A DNA stretch of 64,000 nt, from the NCBI RefSeq assembly GCF_006345805.1, contig NC_043001.1, positions 85,622,001-85,686,000 of the forward strand. The letters are read 5' to 3'. Shown here one piece after another: positions 1-15,000 of the stretch. A program made the position numbers and the translations under genes. The notes under the pieces were generated by a model that saw only the letters and a program-made list of their open reading frames with translations, ran no database searches and had not been told where the DNA came from. Position 1 is the first letter of the stretch. Each line of letters starts with the position of its first letter. The DNA comes from Octopus sinensis. Lineage: Eukaryota.

Positions 1-832
1 GCTTATATAAAGTTACGTTGATGATTTAAATATATAAGCAAAGCATAGAACAAAACACGGTGGCCTAGGACTAGATTTCCTGTCTCCATATTAGATGAAT
101 ATCGGTGATATTTGGTTTCAAATTTCGGCTCAAAGTTTGGCTAGTACCTATGTATCAACAACGAAGGATAAAAAGTAACATTGATCTTGTCGGAATTTGA
201 AGTCAGAACATAAAGATTCGTTAGAAATATCGTTAAGCATTTTGTCTGATGCGTTTTCAATATTGCCAGGTCTCCAGCTTAAGAACTGTAATAATTGGAA
301 CAATAGGAAAACGATCCAAGATGCACAGCGAGTGAATGGAAAGGTTAGTTGTTCGAATATCGGCAATATACGATAAGTAGTATATTTAAAACACTGGTCT
401 CAAAATCCAGTTAATACTGGGCAATTGGTATTTCGTGGACCTATTTTACTCTTGAATAATTCTATAACAAGAGTGCCAATTTTCTGAATGATGTCTCTCC
501 TAAACTATCAGTGACTGTCAAATATGGCATCAAATAAATCGTTGAAACGTAGCTGCGAATGTTTCTTCTGGTGTCCCCAAACATAATTTACATGGCATAA
601 TAGCAAGACTTGCTGTATAAGTGACCAGAGGTCTCTGCTTGCGCGGGCAAGGGCCAGTGACCCCAATTTTACTCTCTTACAAATTCTGCTTCCATACTAT
701 CATTTCAAAGAAGTATGTTAAATAAAAATAAAATTTTAATATAAAAAAGATGATAATGCAATGGATTTTATTTTCAGCATTAAAATAAAACGCAAACTGA
801 TAACTTCATTATTACTATTTTCTGAATGTTTC

Positions 833-838
833 TTTATT
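833..838 (-). terminator. Candidate polyadenylation signal AATAAA of gene A (second candidate at 767-772)
   Basis: First AATAAA noticed after the stop, beyond a (TA)n tract in the 3'UTR; AT-rich context lowers specificity. Confidence 0.45.
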
Positions 839-952
839 TTAAATAAAGTTCAAACGTTTAGATTTTTTGTTATATATTTTCCAATACTATTTTATATATC
901 TATAGAAAGTATATGAACCATACACATATTTGCATATATACATACATATATG

Positions 953-1051
<99 letters not shown>

Positions 1052-1176
1052 ATATTATTTGTATGTATTTATGTATGGGTATCTGTGCAGTTGGCGTCAG
1101 TCATAAGAATATTGGAAATCTGCATTTCTATTCTTTGATATAGTTGTTTTTCGGGTCCAGATACAGCTCCTTCAAC

Positions 1177-1341
1177 TTAGAAGTCGGTACGGCAGCGTCT
1201 CTTCAGGTAGTTGCTCATCTTAGAGTGGTTCATAACGCGGTTCCTCAGTGCCATCAGTTTGGGGTAGCTGGTGAGCATGGATGGTTCATCCATCAATGGG
1301 TTTTCAAGAGCGCAGTAGCACATCATATCAGCCATGGTCAT
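1177..1341 (-). CDS. S-crystallin A exon 6 ([15 protein letters not shown]...RCRTDF*)
   Basis: Acceptor cttttccag; TAA at 1179-1177. Confidence 0.95.
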   Translation of the reverse strand: MTMADMMCYCALENPLMDEPSMLTSYPKLMALRNRVMNHSKMSNYLKRRCRTDF

Positions 1342-4300
1342 CTGGAAAAGTGCGATACAAGAATACACATATATATATATGTAAAGAAGATGAGTATATA
1401 TATATATAAAGAGAGAGAGAGAGAGATAACCGAATTTTACAGTTATCCCTTTTTACCAGTGCAAAGATACAATTTCTATACAAGAACGTTTGAATAAAGA
1501 AAATTTAATAATCGAAAAATACAGAACACATCTAAATATGCACGCATAACTAATTTTTATTATGATTTTTACCGCTACAGAAAGATGAACAATTATTTCC
1601 CCTATCCACTATAATAACGATAACCAATTACCTCACCTTAATTTTTCTACTTGTTGAATCATTCATTCATGAACTCCAGGCACAACATGGACAAAGAACT
1701 TTTTCGGAAGAAAATACGTATTTAAATAAATATTGATATCATGATTAGCAAAAGCGAAACCAGTCAAGAAAACAATATAAAATATCCGTTATACTATCGG
1801 TATAATTACCTATGTTGACCCTGGACATACACATACAAGCATATTATGCACATTAAAGGCAGTAATAAAGATAAACATGAGTTTATCCGTAATCAAATTT
1901 AAATTGCACAGAAAATGGAGAAATATTGATCGACAACATTCGACTATCATCAATTATTACTTTGTGATACAAATAGACTGCATCCTATCTAACAGCTGTT
2001 TCTTCTTCTATTGTTAAAATGTATTGCCATTAAAATTCTGAAAATAATATTCATCATGTTTTGGTAATGCATCCGATCTGGAGCATGGAGCTTTATCAGA
2101 GTGAAGAAAAATACATACACAAAAGACAAGAAAAGAAAAAGAGCCTCGAGGCGAAGATGAAAGGCTTAATATATTTAAATCATACTATTTTCATATTAAA
2201 AAGTAATATTTAATGTTAGTCGATTGATGTTGATTACTAGGTCTTCGTTTTTCTGTCTACTTTAAATTTATGTGTGCTTGTGTGCGTGTCTACGTACATA
2301 TGTAATATATATATATAGTAATCTTTTTAAAAAAATCACTAGCTATAACGCCAAAGGTAGTTTATAGAAAGAGAAGGAGGAGAAAGTAACAGAAAACTAA
2401 TAGTGGTGAGATATAGAGTGATACGTGAATAGGAATAAGGCTTAAAGTCATGAAATAGATATATTTAGTGGGAGTGAAATGTAACAAGGCACTCAAAGGT
2501 CGAATTTTATAGAATGGTAGAAATCACTTATAGAAAGTACAGGTACGTTTCTGCCAATGCTTGCAACGATAAACGAGTAGTATAAACGTGTTTACAAGAG
2601 GATTCTCTGAGAAGAGGATGAAATACATTTCACTGTTACAAAGCGGAGAAAAATATTTAAACTATCAAACGGAAAAGATATAGAGAGAATATTCCTTTCC
2701 AAATCAAATTGTTTATTATGATCCTTTTGATACCAAATTAATTTACTAAGCGCAGTATTGTTATGTTTACTGATATGTCTAAATGTAGAGTAATCATTTG
2801 ATATTCTTTTGGACAACTGAGATGAAGAACTACCTATATAAAAATATGCCAGAACAGGAACTAATTTTATTTTGATAAATATATTTTCTAGCCTTAGAAT
2901 TACTGCGTTTGGAGTCAACATCAGAAACACTAACACCGCTGCTATTATTATTTAAAGAATGGTTAGTGTTAACAAAATCAATGTTACTATTTTCATTAAG
3001 TGGATTTGTAGTCAACAACTTATTATACGAAGAGTTGATTTGTGAAAGATTTTTTGTCTTAGGAAAACCTATCCTGATTCGGTGTTAATTAATAATCGAA
3101 CGGAACTGGTAATGAAGGTTGTATTTGATCTGCTTACCATCTGGAATTATTAACCAAACAGTTTTACTAAGACATACCTTGTTATTAGGGTAATTATCGT
3201 TAAAAGTACTCGATGTACCTTTATAACGAAAAAAGTTTCTTAACGGTTATCACCCTTACGATGCAGAATTACATTACGGGATTTGGCGTTGTTATTCGAA
3301 ATAAAATTAATATTGTTAATATCGTTATGATTTGATTTCATGTACAGATTAATAGAGCTAGAATTACTGTCAATGTAGGTAATTTTTCTTTATAGCCTAC
3401 TTTAAGTAAGGCAGAGTTATACAATTTAGCTTTACCGTTGAAGATATCAACATTAGCAGATAATCCAGAAAGTCTAAGCGAAATATTCCTAACTAAATAC
3501 TTTGTAATAGCCTTAGAATGATTACTGAAAGAGCTAATATATTTTAAATAAGTTGAGGGTTTATGGTATGGGAAATATGAATCATTATGCAAGTTAAGGG
3601 TAATATCGAAAAAGTGGCTTTAGTCATATCATCGTCAAAAACAATGCCTAAGTCTACGTTTCGGGAAAATTTAACTAACCTATTCTTAACTAAACCTTTG
3701 TAATTTTTGGTTAGAAGCATTTTGAAGGTAGAGTCAACATTCATCACGATATAGACTAGTTCCCAAATATCAATGGAGGTCTATATCATGATGATTGTCT
3801 ACACTACCTTCAAAATGCTTCTAACCAAAAATTACATAGGGTTAAGAATAGCTTATGCTTTTTGTGTTAATAAATGCAATACATTTCGAAGCAAAATGGA
3901 TTTGTTCGCAGCTGTAATTCATGAGATCCACAGACGTATTTCGGGGTCTTTGAAGGTTGTCAATGTGTAGCTATTAATGAAAAGCACGTAATAATACACC
4001 CACTAGGTTTCTTGAATGATTCCCGAATTGTAAATAATTCGTTGAACACAACTGAAATGATATTAAATCCAAATAGCGATCTGCGTATCCTACTAAATGT
4101 GTATACATATTACATAGATATGCCACCTTGGTTGTGCCCGGGAAAAATATCTCTAAACTGTTTTTACTTACCTGGTCTCCCAAGAAGTATTGGCTGCCGC
4201 CATTGTACATATCCAATGTCCTTTCCATGAAGGGAAGTATTCTGCGGCAAGTTTCCCTGTATCTCATTCGTTGTTCAGACTATAATACAATAAGAAAATC

Positions 4301-6559
4301 AGAAAGAATGAAAGAAAGAAACAAACAAACAAACAAACAAATGGGGAGGAAGAAAGGAAAGAAAAAACGAAAGGAAGAATTGAAAGGAAGAAAATAAATA
4401 AAATTAAGGAAATTAAGGAAAGAAGGTAGGAAAATGAAATGAGATAAAGGGAGAAAGAAAGGAAGAAAGAAATGAAATGAAAGAAAGAAACGAGACAAAT
4501 CGAAAAGAGAATGTTTCAAATGGATTACTTTGTCTATCCGGGCTATCGATTTATTATCTCATCCACATGTTGTAATTCGTATCGTGTGAAGTCAACTATC
4601 AGAATTAGATATAATTATTATGGGTGAAATATCTATATCTAATCTTATTAATGCGTACAAAAGACTGGATTTAGTCAAAATGATTTATGTAATATACGAA
4701 GATATGCTGAAAAGTTCCTCGTCTTTGTGTATAAGAAAATACAGGAGCATCTGTCTGTTATGATATTATTCAACATAGTACCTTCTCAGATTCATGCATC
4801 TATTGTAGCAGTCCTTAAGTTTTTCTTAGCCCTGTTAATGAACTTCGAAGATTGGACATCCAACCAGGCCTTTCGCGACACCCTAAAGGCAGTAACATTT
4901 CAACACCCTTCATAAATATTCCCGTAGCTAAGACAGCTATCTATGAACGGTAAAATTTGCAAGTAAAATGTTATTGCCTATATTTGATAGCCAATTAAGC
5001 AAACTGAGATGTTCTTGATTAAAACTTTCAGTCCTCTTATATGATAAAGCACTAGCGTTTATGTTCAACACTTTCTGTACACGCTTACTTCATATGTGCT
5101 TACATCTAAAGAGGTAAATAAAAAGCAGGACACAATGTACGTCAAACTTGTCTCAATATAGTTCGCATATCTGTCAAATAAGCGTAGTTTCGAGAACCAA
5201 ACTTATACCTCTACCCTAAATGTTCTCCTCTTGCTTAAAGACAATGATTTTAAGAGAAGGTGACCGAGATATTAAATACCGAAATCCACTTAGCAATAAG
5301 GTAGCTAAATATATGAGCCGAATGAATGACAGATCCTTAGCTTCCATGCACTCATTATCTGCAAGAGTCTTTGTTATGCCAACCAATAATTTCTAAAGGA
5401 CACTATATTCAATTAGGTTACAATAAATAGTGAGCGATTAGCTAGTTGTGAACTCTTCAAGGGATTGACATATATATTTTGATGTAATATACATATACAT
5501 ATACAATCGGAGAAATGCCGGAGAAATGAATACTCAACATAGTACTGAATAATAAAATATTTTTTCTATGGAGTCACTCTCTTGCTACTCTGAAATTTAT
5601 CTGTAATTATACAGGCAATATCTACGGCAGTAGTTGAGAAAAATAATCACGCTTTGTAAGAAGGTAATTTGTTCTATCAAATGAGTTATGATTTCTCTAG
5701 TAATTGGAATTGTATCAGCAGAATGCAGTTCAGAATAGTCACGCACTTAAATATGAATTATTCCAGAACAATTCTTATCAATATTAGTTACGAGCAAGGC
5801 GGCAAGCTAGTAGAAACTTTAGCACGCCGGGAAAAATCCTTAGTGACATTTCGATCGTCCTTACGTTTGGAGTTCAAAATACGCGGAAGTATACTTCACC
5901 TATCACCCCTTCGGGGTTCACAAGATAGGTCCCAGTTAGGCACTGGATCTGTATAATCGGCAATATCCCACCCTCGAACCTGTTCCTTTGTGTCATAATT
6001 TCACACTGATATTACTGACGAACTAAATCATACGAGTCACTTCCTGCAAACGAAAAGCTGGTGTACAAAGTAGCATATTAGCGTACTTACTGAGGTATTC
6101 ATGTCTCTTGATCTCTGAAACTGAAACAGAAAATAATATAGAAATGATTTGATACACATACATTACTATGATTGTTCATATAAAGGATAGAAATATGCAG
6201 AATACTTATAGTAGTATTTATATTTATAATAATATTTGTAATATATGGAAAATGCGAAGCTAGTTTAGTGACACAAGGGCCAAGAATTTCGGGCGAAATA
6301 TTGAACTACACAGTATATACGCACATACATATGAGCATGCGGAGAACTCAACACCACACACACACACACGCACACACACATATGCGCACACATATACACA
6401 CATACACTCACACATACAAACATATTGAAAGCTTTTAGAGAAAGCCGTACAAATTCATGGTCACTGACTTGACATATCTTCAAATTTTTCTATGGAGACA
6501 AGTATGTACATATATACGGACAACATGTGTTTCTGCATACATATGTGTATATATATACG

Positions 6560-6635
<76 letters not shown>

Positions 6636-6821
6636 GTGTGTGTGTGTGTGTAACGAATAAGGAGAAAATGGAGAGTTAATTGATAAAAGTATTGATTAAT
6701 TGTGAAATATGACAACGTTTATAACAGCTGTTTTGATTCAGAAATCTTTAGATAATTAATTTATAAAATTAAAATCATAATAAGGATATACCGATTAAGG
6801 AGGTTTATTACCTTTACTTGA

Positions 6822-6866
<45 letters not shown>

Positions 6867-8991
6867 ATGTCCTTTCTGAGAGATAGATTCATAAGGCCGA
6901 GTAGCCGTATTCCGTGGCATATATAATTACACCATGCTAGGACGTCTGTCCCAATATTGATCACTTTTGCCATCTGAGTCAAGTGGAATAAACTCCCGTT
7001 CTATGAACCAAAACCAGAATCTCACGGGTGCGGTACACAAACCACTAAGCCGCGTGTGCCGCTCCTAACTCCCTCTCTCTCCGTCTCTCTCTTTCTGTAC
7101 ATATATGTTTATGTATATATATATATAAATTTATATGTATACACGCACATATTTCTATATTTGTATGTATATATGTATGTATGTATGCATGTATATGTAT
7201 GCATGTATATGTATGTATGTTCGTGTGTGTTAATTTTATACGCTGACACTGTTTTTGAATCTGGCGCTAGCTTTTTAACGGTTACAAAGCACGACGAATC
7301 GAGCAAAGATTTTAAACCTAGGTACATAATGAGACCTGCTGATGAGAATGAAGGGAGATAAGCTCTCAAAATTTGAAATCAGTTGATCCAGGAATATATA
7401 CTTTACTCATTCTACGGCTTTCTACCGAGTGTACTTATTATTTTCCCAGTGATTGGTGGTTTTCTAGAACAATTTTTCGACTCTAATTTTCACAAGAATT
7501 CTGCACCATGTGTGCGCTATTATGATTATAAATTAATTATAAAATTTACGATTTGCCATTTATTGACTTTTGCTTGTTGGCCACATATATTGTTGTTGTT
7601 ATTATTCATTTTACTAATGATAATAATTAATAAGAATATCTATATAAATATTTTCGAATATCTATTCATTTAGTAATTTTATATATAAACATATAGTTGT
7701 ATGTATATCTATGGGTGTATATATGTATATATATACACACACACACACATATATATATGTGTGTGAGTTTATGTTTAGGCATTTCTTGATTAAATTGTAA
7801 GTTGTGCTTTGTGAATTTCTTTATAAATATTAATCAAAACCACTAGTCTTCCAAGCTGAAGCAAGTGATTCAAGAAATATGTATTGCCCAACGCAAGGGG
7901 CTCTGATATTTGAATTTCTGGAGGCAGTGTTGTAAATTATACATTTCTAAGAAATATTTTTATTTTTTAATTACATATATATATTTTTTAATTTGTCGTT
8001 CGAAAGATATGGCAACACGCAACACTCTCAGGCTGTACGTCATTAATAAACCTGTAATTGCAAATAGTAGTGTGAAATACGGTTTCATGGTAAAAGCGTG
8101 CTAAATAATGAGGAAATATTGCCTCATAGAGGAAGTTTAAATTTAATATTATATCAACTGACGAAAGTGGTCTCTTGGCAAAGGAGGCGTGAAAGAATAG
8201 TTGCATTTATTCAAACAACGCACAATAAAATATATAGCGAGTCGATACTCTCAGATATTTCAAATTACAATGCCGTTTGAAATATACACAGTCACTTACA
8301 TACATACTTACATAAATTCCTACATACGTACACTGCCTAAACATCAATTTCGACAAATTAAGCTCCTAAAATCTAGAAAGGAGAAAGATGATTCTAAGAC
8401 TACAGATCCAAGTCATCGCTGGAACTGTAAAAATCGGTAAAACTTTCCAGAAGTTGATCATTTAAGTATATATGGGGATGTCAAGATATGCAAGCATATG
8501 CATGAGAAGACATACATAAAGCAAAACATACAAATCTGCACATATACATACATACTTACGTACGTATATACATACATACATGCATACATACATACATACA
8601 TACATACATACATACATGCACGTATACATACATACATACATACATACATACATACATACATACATACATACATACATACAAATATACTGACGTATATCGT
8701 ATTTTAAAATATTATGAGTCTTTGAAGGGAATTCACATGTGAGAGCAACACCATTGTGCTGCACCGATAATCATTCTTTCCCTCTCCCTCTCTCTTTTCT
8801 CTTTCTCTGTCTCTCTTTCTTTCTCTTTCTCTCTCTCCCTATATATATTTATATGTGTGTGTGTGTGTGTGTTTTATGTATGTATGCATTTATGTATGTA
8901 TATATACACTACATAGAGTCCTAAATATTGGTTGTATTTATGTGTACGTATGCAATATAATATGATATAATATAATACAAAATATATGCAC

Positions 8992-9023
<32 letters not shown>

Positions 9024-12000
9024 CTGTGTGTGTGTGTGTGTGTGCGTGCGTATGTATGTATGTATATATGTATGTATACAGCGATGTGGTTATTCAAGTA
9101 AAGTCAGTGTTTATGAAATTTTCAATTATTCCTAAAGAAAATATGTTCTTCATTGAGTAAGAGCAGCAAAGATTTTCGTGTTCATTTTGGTTACAACAAT
9201 AGCAAAAGCATTTTCTCAAAATAAACAAAAACGTTTTTGATGATTCCGGTGCAAGTTTTGGTGATTGTTTGATGTTTCAGTGTTTATTTGAAATATTTCC
9301 GTAAACACTGGTAAAAAATTAAATATAATAATTTCCGTTGTCAGTTAATAAATACAAATATCTTGTTTCATTTGTATTTTATATCAAGATACTTTAATTG
9401 AATGTGTATGTGTATATGTATAAGTTGAATTAATTAGTTAATTAAATAATAAATTAGTGATATAAAATTATAATGCCATGAAGCTCTAATTATAAGCTAC
9501 CAAAATACTGTACATATGATGAACATTTGTTAAGTCCAAATTTAGATTAATTGCGAAGATAAAATGCAAGTTAACATGAAATGTCGTGGCTAACATTGCC
9601 CATAATTTATCAATTTAATAATTCAGCAAGACACACATATAACTATTGAAAACAAATAGTTCATTGCTGATCGTTTATTCTATATCGCTCGATAGCAACA
9701 ACATGCATACATTGCTGGATTGAAACCCTACACAGCCCACATAAACTAACAGTGATTTTTTAAAGATTACTGCTATTAATAACGAAGATGTGTTTATAGT
9801 CGTCACCAAAAATAAATGAAGAGAAAAAGAAAGAAAGAAAAACAAAAGCAATTTTAGAAAGTCTTGTTTCCACCGCTACAGAGCCGACACCAAACCTTCA
9901 TTTTCTACACCAGTATTTTACATTCTATGATTGATATAGTAGCCCCTTTGGAGAGTCGGGTTTACAACTCAACACAACATTCAGGAATAAGCCTATTGTT
10001 TATTATTTTTCTGCTTTTTTTTTCCCAAAAGCCAATAAAACAGAATTTCTACTGCAATTTCTGGTTAGCAACCCTACAGATTGCATACTAAATGACCATA
10101 TTTACCTTTCTTCTATTGGTAATTAATATGCACTTCTTGTAGTCAGTAAAACAGATCCACTCTTAGAAAGTTTATCTGTGTTGAAAGTCTCTCAAGAGAT
10201 TGACTAATATGTAACTGATCTTTCGTGCTGTAGTGTTGAAGTGTTTCCGCTGCTTCCAACTAAGTGCTATGTGTATATATATTTAGCCTGTATATACATA
10301 CACATATACATCTATCTGAGTGTATTAATATATGAACTTGTATGCACATGAATATATATATATATGTATGTATATATGCGTGTGTATATGTATACATACA
10401 TATATATGTATATATATCATGATATATTTCCTGTATATATATATATGCATACATATATATATACATAATATGTATATATACATGTATATATATATATGCA
10501 TGTATATATATATATTATATATATATATATGTATGCATATATATATATACAGGAAATATATAAATATATATATATATATATTATATATATATATATATAT
10601 ATCTGTGTGTATGTGTGTATCATGATATATTTCCTATATATATATATATATATATATATTAGTGTGTGGGTGTGTGCGTGCGTGTTTGTGTGTAAGTATG
10701 TTCACGTTTGGCTACTATCTTTGGAATATTTAACAAATAAACTAACACATTATTATCTCTACGTTTTTAACCATTGTGACTCTATCTCTTAGAATGAAAA
10801 TTCTTAAAGTATTCAACGCTTACCATCATTCTGTAGTTACCGTCTTGGTACATTCTCATGTAATCGTCCAAGATGTCATAGAAGCAGTCTGAGATGAAGT
10901 CAACTCTGGCCATCTCCATGTTGTTTCTGCCATGGAAACCTATAGAAATTAGTTAAAATAAAATATGGTGATAATAAAAATAACCCTTTATAAAATAGGC
11001 AGAGTGCCTGAAATTTGATTGTGGGGGGGGGGACTTAGGCAGTTATGAAAGGCTATCAAGACCAAACGGCTAAGAAAACTAACGAAATAAGTCTTATTTC
11101 ATCAGGGCAATACTACAGCACATACGTTCTTGCTTTCAATGGCTACAATGAATGACTCTGACTTTGGAATATTTGTTATGATTTCGCCCCGTCTGGCAAT
11201 CATTTGTAGCTCAAGAGGAAAAATACTTGGCTAGCAACAAGTATCACAGTATCAATGGCGTCATATCTGTTACTGATAACGTTTTTGACCTTCAGGATGA
11301 ATGTTTCTTCACCAATTGGATCTAAGAACTGCAAAACCATTGGGAGATGTTTGTGGCCCGCAAGAGGAGCTATGTTGCAAAATAAACCTCATTTGGTCAC
11401 ATCCCATGACAGTATCTTGGTCAGCCTATGAACTTTTCTGCCGACCATCGTTTGAAGGTTTGACGGAAGGGATTAAAACGAGGCCTAATATAAAAGAAAG
11501 TGTGTTTATTTGCCATGGATGTAGGAATGTAATTTGAGTCCAAGTCACGGATTTTGCTATAATGATGGTAATAATTATGATGGCACAAAGCCAGCTATTT
11601 TGAGGGGAAATGCAAGGCGATTACATTGATTACTGAACATGACTGGTAATTATTTTCTTGATATGGAAAGGGTGAACTACAAAGTCAGCTTTGATGGAAT
11701 TTAAACGCAGATTGCAAATAGCCAGAAGAAATGCCACCGAGCGTTTTCTCCGATGCCTTAACGATTCTGACAGATTGCCGCCTAGATGATAATGGTGATG
11801 ATGATGGTGGTTGTTGTTGTTGTTGTTGTTTTTGCTAAGCAACAAGACGGGTAAGGGTGATTAGGTGATGGTCTAGGGCTTAGAGGTGGGAGACCCGAGA
11901 CCTTGGAAAAAAAACTTTGGTCATGTTGTTGTAGTCGAAGACTCTTAATTGACGCCCGACACCACTGGCAGGTGGCCCTCGAAGTCGCTGGAAATGGAGA

Positions 12001-15000
12001 TCTCCAGGTCCAAATTCTTGAACGGCGGTGGTACTGGTGTTGGTGGTTTTGGTGTTGGTGGTGGTGGTGGTGGTGGTGATATTGATGAAGATGTACTTCT
12101 AGAAGGTGAACGGTATGTGTGGATATATTCATACGAAAATTGTAGCTGCATACAAGAATTTCTTTTGATGAATTATAATTACAGCTTGGTTTTAATTAGT
12201 ACAGTGCTTTCATACTAATATACTTCACAATATTTGTATGAAAGCAGAATATAAGCGTAATAAATCATAACTATTTCTAAACGATTGACTTTAGCTTTTA
12301 AAATATGCATGCAACATGTAATTCTCCTTACCGAATTCTCTAGCCAAATACCTAGCCATAGCCATACTCTGGGGAATCTGGGTCCTGTTGTCCAATTCCA
12401 ACATTGGCATCATGGAGCAAGGCATCTCTGGAAAGAAACAGTGAAAACAATTGTGTTATTTTTACATTGGTTGCTATTAATTGAAATCAATAAAATCAAT
12501 TACATTGATTTGACTAATTGATAGGTATCTTCCAATAATGGAAGGATGAAATTTAAAACCACGCCAATCAGATTTCAACTAAGAACTAATTACTGCACTT
12601 AACTGAAACTCTGACATTCATTATACTGAATAATGATAAGTCTTTCAAAGTTTTGGCACAAAGGCGCAAATTTTAAGAAGAGGTGGCAAGTTGATTATAT
12701 CCACCCCAATACCTGACGTTATTATATCAACAGTGTACGCATGGATGACAAAGTTGGCATAGGAGGAATTTGAACTCAGAACGTCCTGGGCTGGAAAAAA
12801 ATACCACTAAGCATTTTGTCCTAGCACAAACGATTCTTTCAGCTGACCGTCTAGCAATGACTGATAATTATTAGAATTTCAACGCGAGATTTTACAGGGT
12901 ATAGCTATAGTTTTCTATAATTCCTTCATATATAGAGTACCGGACCACAAATCTGGTTGCCTGAAATCCTGGAATAATATACAATAACATGCAATATGCT
13001 GTAAATACTTTTGCTATTTACCTTTTTAACAGAATTGGTTAGGATTAAACACACTCTGCTTTAGTGGTGCATTATTTTCCTTATATGCCTGTTAAATAAA
13101 TTCTGTTTTTGTTTGTTTGTTTAATGTCTTTCCAAAAAACTTTATCCAGTATATATGGTACACAGTATTTTATATTTTAAGATTTTTATGTGGATTGATA
13201 AATATCAAACAAAATCTGCTTTGGAAATGTATTAATTTGAATCAGTTAAATGCAATTTACTTTTTATGAATTATTTTATATTTTTAGTATACTTGGAACG
13301 TTTCTAGAAAGCCAGAAAATACAGAATTGGTCCGGAACTGCAAAATGTTTATGACAAATTCTTTATAGAGGGGATATTTAACTATATTCGAATTTAATAC
13401 ACATGTGTATTTTATTGTTACCTGATGAATGAAATAAATAATTGACACTAAAAATATACGAACGCAGAAATGAGGGAGCTACAGACAGCAATAAGTTTTT
13501 TCATCGTTCTAACGATGGTATGAAACAGCGCTATTGAAAGTGGATTCTGTAATACCAGTCAAGCACTGGTGTCGACTTAATGGACTCCAGTATTAGACTG
13601 GTATTACATTTTGTAGGATACGGCGGTATGAAACACCAAGTTGACACTGGAATGTTTCAATTCATAATCAGAATGTAAAGGGAGGTAACTATAGACTGCA
13701 ATGCAATATTTCCGATTCTTCAATTTTGTAATTCATGAAATGGGAATTCTTATAATAATTTCTAAATAAGGAAGAAGGCAAGAAATTTTCGGGCTCTTGA
13801 TTCCATCGATTACAGTATATAATGATGCATAATTTCATCGAATTTATCATGAATTTAAAAACAATGTGAACCTCGATGGGATTCCAAGTATCCATACCAA
13901 TACTACAAAGTGTTTTTACCGATGTTCTAATTTCTTTACTGCCCACAAGGTACTTGTTTAATCGACCCGAAAAAATGAAAGGCAAAGTCGACCTCGGCGG
14001 AATTTGAACACAGAATGTAGCGGCAGACGAAATAACGCAAAGCATTTCGCCCGGCGTGCTAACGTTTCTGCCAGCTCCGATGTTCTATCGATTTTACAAT
14101 CTCACGCCGTTATAGTGGTTTCTAGTAGAGAGTCAGCAATCTTGATGGAAGAAGTTAGTTGATCACGTCGAACACAGTACGTGAAGGGTTCTTTATTTTA
14201 TCGAAACCAACCAAGGAAACACGAAGTTAATTATAATAGGATTTGAACTCCGAGCAGATGGAGCCACAAAACAATCCGCTTAGCAATTTGTCCGACGCGC
14301 TAACGATTCCGTCAGAGCGCCGTTCATGGTTTCTAACTTGGGCAGAAGGAGAACAGTTTTTACGATAAATGTCCGATCGGTACTACTGACCCAGAACTTC
14401 ATTTGCTCTTCATTTTATCAATATTAGAGTCATGAAAAACAAAGTTGACCTTTGCGGTTTTGAATTAAAAACGAAAAAAGCCGAAACACAAACTAGAAAA
14501 TAGTTTTCCCTCCTTCTCACTTCACTTATTGCTTTTATAAAAGTAATAATAATTATAATCTTTTCTACAATAGGCACAAAACGCCTGGATTTTGTGTGAG
14601 ATGGATTGTCGATCACATGGAACGTAGTACTCAACTAGTACTTTATTATCGACACCGAAGGATGAAAAGCAAAGTCGACCGCGGCGGAATTTGAACTCAG
14701 AACATAATGGCAGGCGACACACCGTTAAGCATTTCACCCGGCGTACTAACAATTCAGCCAGCTCGCCACCTTAAAGTAATAATGATAATAATGGTCTCAA
14801 ACTTTGGCGGAAGGCCAACAGTTTCAGGGTGACTGCCGTCAGTTTTGGAAGGAAAGTCGACCACAGAGGAATCTGAACTTAGAACGTAAAGATGGATGAA
14901 ATAGCTGTTAAGCATTTCATCGGCGAGTTAAAGATTCTGCCAGCTTGCCGCCATAATAGTAATAATAATAATAATAATGGTTTCAAATTTTTCCATAAAG

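Noticed and set aside
1987-2103. Hammerhead-like remnant on - strand (CUGAUAA...GAAACAGCUGUU) downstream of the intronic PLE
   Set aside because: Core mutated, helix I only 2 bp and helix II not convincing; at most a dead relic
8155-8205. CTGACGA...GAAA motif
   Set aside because: No helix III and helix I out of register
11782-12218. Pro/Gly/His-rich ORFs in gene A intron 2
   Set aside because: Produced by (GGT)n/(GAT)n repeats; no place in the conserved six-exon structure
13415-13450. CTGATGAATGAAA
   Set aside because: No room for helix II and no helix I or III pairing
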